DNA of 61,465 nucleotides, counting the filler, from Sluysia triapertura (lineage: Eukaryota): NCBI GenBank assembly GCA_046118255.1. It is 5 parts of 5 records of this genome, joined end to end, with 100 filler letters (N's around TTAATTAATTAA, not from the genome) between each part and the next. Parts side by side here need not be neighbours in the genome. Positions count along the whole stretch, not along the records: positions 50,560 to 61,465 come from JBJNIA010191718.1; 4 more parts are not named here. One strand, written 5' to 3'. The notes under the pieces are model-generated. The model made no database searches, had not been told where the DNA came from, and worked only from the letters and a program-made list of their open reading frames with translations. Made by a program: the position numbers and the translations under genes. Positions 51,340 through 61,465 of the stretch are shown one piece after another; the first letter of the stretch is position 1, and each line of letters begins with the position of its first letter.

Positions 51340-52085
51340 TAATTTTTGGGAGTCAGTAAAACGAGATAAAAAAAATCATTCTTCAGGTCTTTGATGATAT
51401 TCACAAATATTTCTGGATTTTGTGGTTTGTATTCTTGAAGGGATGGAAAATGTGCATAATTTTTATGTTGAAGCTGGGATTTCCACAGGTGTAGTTTTCT
51501 ATCAAATGCAAGGATATGAGAAAACATTTCATTAGTAAGCTGAGCTTTATCTTGAATGTTTAAATTCAAGTTATTTAAAGAATTTTCACCAGATTCTGTT
51601 GAATACCAAGATTTTCCATGTGCTCCTATAATAGTGCAACAATACTTTTTTATTTCACGCCATTACTCCATTAGTTTTAACACCAATTAGTTTTGAAATA
51701 TCTAAGATGTCTCCTCCAGTAACTGTATCCTTCAAACGAATTAACTGAATAAATTCTTCAAAAACATGGAAACTCGAAGTCACTCCTCGCACGAATACTG
51801 TAAGCTGAGCGGTGCCATTTAAGTCTGTACTCTCATCGATTGAATTGAAAAATATTGCAATTCTCTGCAGGCGTTCATTAAACAACTTTTAACATCTGAT
51901 GATATTTCTTCAATGCGTCTTGTGACAGTCCTACAAGATAGGCTCATAGAAGTAAAGAATGACTTTTTTGGGCAAACAATATTATTTAACAAATTTACGG
52001 TTCATCTTTTCATCGACAAGTCTTGAAAAGCCTTAGCTTGCACGGGTATTAGCTTCACATTCACTTCTTTTCTTCGTAAAAAATA
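51340..52085 (-). mobile_element. Second, more deleted copy of the hAT family seen at 15955-17933
   Basis: Near-identical blocks such as ATATTCACAAATATTTCTGGATTT..GGGATGGAAAATGTGCATAATT and GAATAAATTCTTCAAAAACATGGAAACTCGAAGTCACTCCT. Motif SIDESTDLNGTAQLTVFVRGV. Confidence 0.88.
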
Positions 52086-52410
52086 TCATGAATTTTTGGT
52101 GTAGATAATTCGTATTATCTGCTTCATAATGTTGTGTGTTCATGATGATATTAGTGTTAAACTTAAAAATAACAATTTTATTACATTTGTTCTTTAATTT
52201 TGAAAATATGACGACAAATTTTTAAATAATTTTTAAATAATTTCATTAGCCGATTTAGTAATTTAATACTTTTCAATGTTAATGAGTATAAAAATTTTCG
52301 TCTTTTTAAGTTTTAGTAGCTTTATCAATCATTCCTACATAATGACAAATTTTAATATTAATATTTATAAAAATATTAAAATTCCTAAGGATGTTGATAA
52401 TATTGTAAAC

Positions 52411-52662
52411 CACGGTTTCTCAACCGTTGGATCGCATTAAATTTTTTATAGGTTGCGGACTCACGGCTTAGTATAAATAATATATATTATAAATATAAAC
52501 TGCATACAAAAAAATTAATTTATACAATCAAAACGCTAATTAGCGCCAATAGTATGTCTTTTTTATTTCTTAGCATTCATTTATGTAATAAAAAATTGGA
52601 TCACAGAACAATCTGAAAAAATTTTATTGGGTCATGGGGTAAAAGGTTGAGGAGAAATGCTG
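52411..52662. mobile_element. hAT/Charlie-type MITE
   Basis: Ends CACGGTTTCTCAACC and GGTTGAGGAGAAATGCTG. 8-bp flanks TTGTAAAC/TTGTACTC match 6/8. Confidence 0.6.
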
Positions 52663-52799
52663 TTGTACTCTAACAATCTTGAAAATAAATGTACTTATCC
52701 ATTTTAAAATTTGTAAATTCGTCTTTAGTAATAAACTTTATCATATCATGAAATTTTGTATCTGTGGAGAGTCAGGTGGAAAACACCAACATTTTTAAT

Positions 52800-55560
52800 G
52801 AGTCGAGTTATCATGTTTTACTGCTAACTTTTAATTATAAATGATCCAAATGATATCTGCGGGCACTCTTTTTGTTTTTATAGTCATAAATATAATAAAA
52901 TAGTTTTTGTTATTTGATTTTAATCGTTAAAACTTATAAAATTAAATGTTTCGTATTTACTAATAATAAATTTCTGTTTAAAAAAATGAAGTACTTTAAA
53001 TATCTAATAAAACTTTTGATAATCAATACAAGACTGAATTAAATATGAAAATTTCACATAGATAGAACAAACATAACTATAAATAGGACAAACTAAAATG
53101 TGATCTACAGCTTTATTTAGTAAAGGAGAGATATCTGCTGTATATACTACTCCCTTATTAAAACTAACTCCTAATAAATCTTTAGTAAAATAACTGTATC
53201 ATGATTATTTTTAAGTTGTAAAACCATTTTATTGTTTCTAATTCAACTTTTTGAAAGCATGTCATATTGATTTAATTGCATCGATGATTTCTGCAACAAT
53301 TTTACGAAAATATGTTTTATAAAAACGATATTTCTATTGACTCACATCTATTATTCAATTTAAAATTAAGCTGAAATATGTGTTTATCATTATTGAATTT
53401 AAACGGAATATCAGTTATAAAGTAATCAATATCTGATACGTATTCTTGTTTTGAAAATCCAAATCAACGTTAAATTCTTAATGGATAATAATTCCACTTT
53501 TATTTTTATTTAATGTTAATATAATGATGCCTATTTAGACAATAATCCATGATTTTTAATATTCTTTTATTTTCCATGAAAGTATTTTTTTCTCTAAAGT
53601 ACATGATTTATGAGTAAGTTTATTTTTCTCATCAAAGAATAAATTAATGTTAGCGGTAAAGGTAAATTTTGGCTACAATAGTTTTTTAACTACATAGCAT
53701 TATTTTCCTTGTCTAACTGAAATTTTATTAAAATTATAAAAAAATTCGACTAGTTCAGCTTCCAATTTGCCAGGTAATTCTATTGGACTTTGGTAATCCA
53801 TAATGAACAGATAGCATGAGTGAGTGGACAACTGCTGTTTAGTAATATTAAATGAAAACGTTCAGTAATCATTAATGATAATAAACAAATTATGTTGACG
53901 TACATACCACTAACTGAGATTCAAGTATTCATTCGAGTTTCTTCTAGCCAACCCATTTAACAAGTAATGTTTTGGTTTTTCTTTTACCTTTAGTTTCAAC
54001 ACGATAAGTTATCAGTTTTTCATGTAATAATTCTTCATGATAAAATTTTCCTCACCATCATCATCTTGTAAAAATTTCATGAATTTGAAACACTTAATCA
54101 TTTCAATGATTATTAAAATTTTTTACGAATAGAGTTGTTGAAATTTTTCGTATTCCTACATAGTCACCAACTTTATATTCGGGTTTACTTTTTTGCTTGT
54201 TTTAAATTGTATTTTTGCCATATTTCCATAAAGTTAGTTTTTATAGGTTTAAGTTCTTAGAGTCCTCCATGCCTACTGTTATTATATAGATAATAAATTA
54301 CCTTGTTTTGTGAAATATTTTTTAATCTGTCTGTTATAGTATGGTTAAATCCTTCTACTAATGTTGCATTTTACTGATTACACAATGAATAATGATTAAT
54401 TCCATGCACTTTTTTCACATATTCATTGTAAAACTTTTTACATAAGTCTGTATGAAAATTTACAAGCTTGTCGCTTTAGGTTTGTCATATGTCGACTGTA
54501 GATACTGTTTCACTCACATATTTACCATTGGTACTGGTCTTGCAAGTCTTGAAATTTAAAATATATTTGTAGTCATTTTTAATTTCTAAATACGGATTAA
54601 TATGAAATAAATCAACTTGCAATCTGATCTTAAACTGAAATCTATATTTTTTAAATTAGATATGCTGACCCCATATTTACCATCTAAACTTAAATATTTT
54701 ATTTATCCTAGTCCACGACTTATTAATCCACCAGTGATGCTACAATTGGTAGTATTGCAACAATAAATCCACCATGTAGTTTGTAAATTACTTTAGAATT
54801 TAGACTTTTTGCTTTTTTTAAAACAATAAGTGGATAACCAATAATAATGTTTGTTTCTTTTTAGATTCATTAACATTTATTTTACCAACAGTTATTTATA
54901 TCAACTAAATTATCAATAACAAATGAAGGAAATTAGTTAAAAATTGTGAGCCTAAGATATTCTTGTGCTTTCATCTTTTTATTTTGTTGCAAGAGTCAAA
55001 ATTAATTGTGTTATGTGTTTGACTCTATTAGGTTTACAACTTTTTCGAAACTAATTTCTTATTTAATATATTTTTTTATAATGAGTGATACCTTTTTGAT
55101 TAAAAATATAAGTAGATATTCATATATCATCAGGACATGTTTGTGTAAAATCTAAAAAACAAATATTCATGCGATATTTTTGTTGCATCATATAAAGCAT
55201 TTGTTAGAATTAATTTATTTTGTAGAAATTCTTGCGTGCTAAATAATTTCTTACAATTTGATTTCTCGGATTTTTAAATATAACTATAAAATATACATAT
55301 AAATTTCGAGTACGACGACTACCACCATGATGAAATAGATTTGAGTTATCAAAAGTAAGGTCGCTTCTCTATTTTAGTGAGTAAATTATTAAAATCATCC
55401 TGTTTATTAGTTTTTGGTATAACGAATGCATCATGTTTTTGCATTCTACTTGAAAAATTTTCCTTATATCCATTAAAGACTTTAATAATTTTTAATTTAC
55501 ATAATTTTGTTTGAGTTAATCCTGATATCCATGCTAATATATTTTATTAATGTTATTTTT
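52800..55560 (-). mobile_element. Polinton/Maverick remnant (A32-like packaging ATPase, integrase with chromodomain, probable minor capsid; protease trace on +)
   Basis: Hand translation of the minus strand. ATPase: IVIFKNPRNQ...YLAR and FLDFTQTCPDD (55110-55320). Small ORF: GGFIVAILP (~54750). Integrase: QVDLF, ATLVEGFNHTI, PEYKVGDYV, GKFYHEEL, LLVKWVG (54630-53945). Probable minor capsid: DYQSPIELPGKLEAELVEF (~53780). Plus strand: NDICGH (~52855). All are heavily interrupted. Confidence 0.7.
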
Positions 55561-58500
55561 AAATTTATTAATTTGAAGTAATTTACACGCAAAACATATT
55601 TTTCCACTTCGGCTTAGGCTACAATTTGGTACAATTTAATACATTTATTAATTAATTATTAATATTTTTTACATTTATAAAGTAATTCTTTAAGAACTTT
55701 CTTCATTTCCTTGCATTCTAAGTGCTGGTACCACAAAAAAATAATTTAGAAATAGTGCACTGAGATATTCTATGTACGAGTAATTAGAAATTAATAAAAT
55801 TTTAGCTCTATTTATAGTAATTTAGCTTCACTTAATTGTCAGGTTTCTATGTGATTCACAAAATTTTAATTTTTATCAATAGTTGAATATGAGTAGTATC
55901 AAAACACGCCTTCGAATGTTAATTTAATATATTTTCCAAATCGACATCACTAATAAATTCAATAATACATTTTATTCTGAAACTTTTTAAGATTACACAA
56001 TGTTAAAAACAAAAAAGTCTTCATTGTGATTATGACTGTGATCTCAAAACCAAAACACTCCACTCATAAACACAATCATAGACAAACAGCAACACAATTC
56101 AGCACAGTTCTTATTAAAAAAATCTTAGAAAAACTTCAACGCTATCTTAGACAAAATCTCAAATCGACAAATAATATACGTAAACTACAAACATAATTTT
56201 TATAACATTATACACTTTACATTATACAGTTTACAATCAAAATTTGTTATACTCATTTAGCGTTATTTCTAAAATTTGTGTTAAAATTATTGTTACATTA
56301 TTGTTCTCTTAAGTTACTAATTTTATGTTTTACTTTAGTGTGTTTGTACTTATATATCATGTGATTTTACATGTTTTCTATTTGTTTAAATTTATTTTTT
56401 AAAATTGTTTTAAAATTTTTATGGATGACATTCTAAAAAACGAACAAAGTGTATCAAATGTTCATAAGACTGGATAAGTCCTTCATTTCGTACTTCTAAC
56501 ATTTCCGTATCAACTTCATTCATTTATTCCTTGTAAAATCAGCAAAAATCAAAGCTCAATCAACAACCGTCTTACAAAAGACCGAGATTTATGATGTACG
56601 ATAAGCCAACATTTATCAGAACGAAACAAAAAAGAATTTTGACAGAACTGGGATAATATGATCTCGAAAAATTTATCAAGTATAAAAATAATGAGCTCTT
56701 TGCTCAAGAATTAATTTTAGATTTTTGTAAACAAATACGGCAGGGAATTATCAATATTTTGGATTTGGATTATCAATGTTACGTAATTAGATTTGCATTT
56801 AAGAAGTATTGTCATGTTCAAAAATACACGTTGAAAATATATTTTGGTTTGAGTAAAATTAAAAAACTAGATGAGTCTCATACAGTTAACGATGTTGTGC
56901 CAAAAAATATCAAAGAAGACCAAATTACTACGCAATATGATATATAAGTGCTTTCGTAAATTTCCAGAATTTATTTTATTTGGCCAAATCGGCAAATTTA
57001 AATGCTTTATCATTGAAATACGTTGAAGAAAGGAAAGAAAATAGGCCAAAACCATTCTAAAATATTTTAAACTAATCGGGCTTTTGGAATATCTGCAATT
57101 TGTAAAGCGTCTTATCTAAGTTGTTTATGGGTTTGCTAGATTTTTGTAACAAATGAAAGCTCATATCATTATTTTTAATTCGATATAAATATCTCTAAAA
57201 AATTCATAGTTTGATTAATTATTTAAAAAACTATATTTATAATTTATATATTTATTTAAGTATACATTTTAAGTATATACTTTTTCAATAATTAACGATC
57301 AATAGTAAAAAAACCTTGGATAACGAAGTGAAGTTTTAATTTATAAATTTCCAAAACCATTATTTGCCTTCATCAGCATTGTTTTATCATCATTTGATTT
57401 ATATAGTCGTTTAAATCATGGTTTATTCTGTAAAAAAACAAAAAAATTCACGCAAAACTAATAATAATACCGATGATTTGCAATATTATAAACCAGTTGC
57501 TAAAAACAATGTTCAAGAAAACCTAATTATTTTCTTGGTATAAAATTTAAACCGAATAAATTAAAAAATTTGATGTTGGTATTTTTCAGTCATCTTTACA
57601 TATGGGTAATATTTATGTTAATTATCTTGTTCATATTGTAGTGATTAGTTATGAGATTAAGATTTGCTTTATTCTTAACGTAAGTTCTCTATGATATTGG
57701 ACTTACTCACTAAAGAGCCAGCACATAGATTCGCAGCTTTTAAGAAAGAAAAGACAAGAATTGGAGGTTTTAATATTTAATTTTGATGCTACCTTTTTCT
57801 TAGTTTTAGATAGTTATTTTTGATTTTACATACGATAATTCTCCTCGTCAGGGATATTTTATACCTTAAGTAATAATCGTAATAACACTTTACACATTAT
57901 TAATTTAAGTTTTAATTCTTATTTTATTTAATACCAAAAAAACAAACTTTTGAAATTATGTATTAACAAATAATAAAACTGTAAATATATAGAAGTATGA
58001 GTTATACGTATGATAAAAAAAATTAAAGGTTTAAATCAAATTGAGTTATGTATATATAACGACATTTTAATAAAAATATATTAATTTAAAAATATTTACT
58101 CGACTCAATCAAGAACAACTTTTCAATTCGATTTTAGCTATGTAACAAATTTATAAGTTTATATCAGATTTTTGATAGTATAAAAGGATATGTTTAATAA
58201 TATTAATTTTAGCAACTGATATTTATCTATTCAAAATGTTTATTAAAGTAATTTTATATAGTATTTAAATATTACGAAATAAACTGAATCAAAAATTTAG
58301 TAGATTTTATTATTTCAATTAAAACTATCTTATGTATAATAAAACTAACGATTAGGTTTGAAAAAACAATTTTCCGTTATTAATTGATCAAAATTGTCTT
58401 CTTGTTTAAGATTTATAAAATTTCTATCGTCTTCTTGTAAAAAATATTCTTTAAATATTTTCTAAAATCTCCTTGACTAATTAAAAAATTTGCCTTGAAA

Positions 58501-61465
58501 AATCTGTCATTTTTATATTATTTTCTAATAATATTTATAGTAACAAATTTAATTGCTAATAGTATTTATTTATGGTAACAAATTTAGAATTTAATAATTT
58601 TAATTATTAATATTTTAATTTTTAATAACTAATAATTTTATTTTATAAATTTAAACAAAAAATTTAATAATCAATAATTTAATATTTAAAATATTAAAAT
58701 ACTTAATTATAACATAATAATTTAAAATATAATTTATATTACAATATCAACAGCAATGGTCAATTCATATTTGACTAACAAGCATATAATTTATCCACCA
58801 ATAAGTCATGATTCGTAAATATTATTTAGTAAAATTATTTGATAAAAAATTTATAATTTATTTGATAAAATTATTATCTTAGAAAATTTGTAAATATAAT
58901 TAAAAAATTAATGTTTAATTTTGTAAAATAAAACTTAATAATTATTCAAACAAAATTTTTATGATAGAATAAAAGTTTTAAAATAACTTTATATTTATTT
59001 TATGTAATTTTTATGCTTATAAAATAATAACAGTTTTTTAAAGAGAATATAAAAGGTATTGAAGTTATTTAAAAACTCACAACGAAAATTTTTAAAAAGC
59101 TTTACGAGAGATATTACTGGAATACGTTGGACGAAGGATCTATTTGATTATTTAGTTATACAATAATTTGGATCATGGTCGCTGTAGATTTCGGATTATA
59201 ATTTGGAAAGAAGATGGATTTGAACACAATTTTTGGAAATTATTTTGTTCACGTAAGTTGATAATTGTTAACTTCTGCATTAATATTCTCACTTAAAATA
59301 ATTTAAATCACGCCAAGTATCACACCGGCTTAATTATTTTTTTAAAATCAAAAATAAATCAATCAAAATAAATTTCTAAATTGCGTATATTGTACTGTTC
59401 TTGTTATATTTGTTATATCTATTTGTAAAAAAATTACTATTTTATAAATAGAATAAAATAAATTACGTATTTGGTATTATTATTATTATAATCATTATTA
59501 TTATTTCGATATTATTGTTGTTATTTTTTATATTTATTAAAATCATTATTAATACTATATCCTTTTCAAATATCCAATTTAATTAATTTTCTTTTAATAA
59601 TCTAATTTACAAAATATCGGTCAAGGCCGATAACAAAACTATAAATAGAAGAACAATTTTACAACATGGACACATGTAAAAATTTGTTTACAAATATTTT
59701 TATATTGTTTCAAAAACGTCAGATCTTACTTTACAAGAAGTTATTTTTCGATTTTGCAGTTATCTTGGACATATTGAGTTTTGATTTTTGGACATATTGA
59801 ATTTTCAATTTTGCAATCATTCATCGAAAAAACTTATTTATAACCGTTAGTTTGATTAATTTAAGTTTTTCTTTCAGTTTTAAATGATAGTGAATTTTAT
59901 ACTTAATTTTATTCTTAATCATTTTTTAAGAGGGAGGTAATGCGTTATTAAAATAAATTGTTACAGAAAGATTATATTATAATCTTCACAAATTGAATAT
60001 CTTATATTTATATTTATTCCCCATTGTATAAAATTACATTTTTAAATAATATACTCTTGATTTTAATTGATTTTTTATTTATTTATTGTTTCACATAAGG
60101 TCGCTGATTTTATTCGGTCAAAAATTCCACTTAAATCTTATAAAAGAAAGAATAGAAATTAAGGAACACTGTTTTTGAAATACGGTTGTAAAATCGACTT
60201 TAAAATATCATTTGAGTTTATTTTGATAGCTAGAATTCTTTAAACTTTTCGTATAATAACATTGAATACCACTTACAACTTAGCCCTTAAGTGCGTAAGT
60301 CAAAGATTGTAAGGAACAGTATAAATTAGATTTAGCATTTCAATTTTAACATATATTTTTATTTTTTACTTTTCAAATTTGAAAGCGCTCCTATGGAATA
60401 TCAAAAAGGAAATAAAAATACAATCATTATTTTTAGCAAACCGGTTAAAATTTACATGCATTTTAATTTAGATTTATTCACATTTATATTTACTTAATAC
60501 TACTAGAAGTTTTATAAAGCTTATATAGATAGTAAATAAAGTTTTTGTATTATTTGATATTTTACACAATAAGAATTTGTTTTGACTTACAAAAATAAAA
60601 ATTGTAAACAGTAAAAATTTATATTATTGCTGCTGTTTTCAAATATTTTTTATTCTATTATTTACAAAGAAAATACAACATAAAACAATGTAAAATACCC
60701 TTAATACTATTTTAATGTCATCTCTCAATGGTTTTGTTTTTATTTATTTTATTATTGATACAATGTCATTCTTGATGTAAATAATATGCATAAACAATAT
60801 TTGCGGAATGAAAATTAAAAAGTAGCAATAATAAAAGTTAGATAAAATAACTTATAGTATGAGTATTCATACTTTTAAGTGAATATATTTGTTTACAAAA
60901 AATGAAAAATTTAATTTAAATTGTTAAGTTAAAATAAGAAGCTTCAACTTTTTTACTCTAACAAAAATAAGTTCTTTTAAAATACTTGATGTAATCTTTT
61001 TTAATTCAAATTTTAAATACATTTTTGCATAAAAATTTAAATAACAATTTACTTAATTTTATTTTAACTTAAATTTTTCCAATAATTTTTATAAACCTTT
61101 TAATTTTACTTTTTAATAATTTGAAAATTATTTTTTTGCAAAACTATAACATAACTTAACTGACTTTAAAATTGATTATTTTAATTATAAATAGCATCAT
61201 TAAATATTACGCAATTTTTTAAATGTAATTTCATTTATTCAATTTTTAGTTCATTTATAAAAAACTAAAAATAAATTAAATTATGGTTTTCGGCCATTTT
61301 TTAGTTATGTGAGAATATATCATTCACTATTAACTTATTAATTAATCACAGTTATTAATATTTAAGGTACTTACATATTGTGAAGATTATGTTAACCTTT
61401 ATCGTACGAATGGTTAATATATTAACCACTGTTTGTACTCGTTGTTTGCCGAATTATAGGAATAT

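Noticed and set aside
56400-57120. Coding-like stretch with short ORFs
   Set aside because: No recognisable motif; probably decayed transposon sequence but cannot be classified.
57200-61465. Possible TTAA-bounded (Kolobok-like) ends near 57866, 59926 and 60286
   Set aside because: Could not pair convincing TIRs, and TTAA is too frequent at this AT content.

Overview
AT-rich eukaryotic (animal) genomic DNA, not prokaryotic. The window is five contigs (1-14038, 14139-25593, 25694-37311, 37412-50459, 50560-61465) joined by identical artificial 100-nt spacers (44 N + TTAATTAATTAA + 44 N), so linkage between contigs cannot be assumed. Two conserved host genes are recognisable: a complete 9-exon MORC2-like GHKL ATPase (1050-12573, +, about 1016 aa by my splice model) and Suppressor of fused (SUFU, 40575-39266, -, 3' end unresolved). 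Both contain very short (33-41 nt) introns. The rest is mostly decayed mobile DNA: hAT/Charlie elements and MITEs, mariner, Tc1/Tc3-like, Tigger/pogo, TTAA (piggyBac-like) MITEs, a Ty3/Gypsy element, a probable LINE remnant and a Polinton/Maverick remnant. There are also host-gene fragments (mitoferrin, LRR, DEAD-box helicase, PP2A-B55 N-terminus). The most curious items are: a two-copy ~157-bp element carrying a tRNA-like Pol III unit with conserved 5' flank and inverted ends; an intact 109-aa mini-ORF resembling only the PP2A-B55 N-terminus; a perfect heat-shock element split by a hAT insertion just upstream of a candidate micro-exon gene; and a Tc1 element whose left end is an inverted copy of its right end. 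All homology calls come from motif recognition by eye, with no database searches. I did not find a confidently novel multi-gene system.
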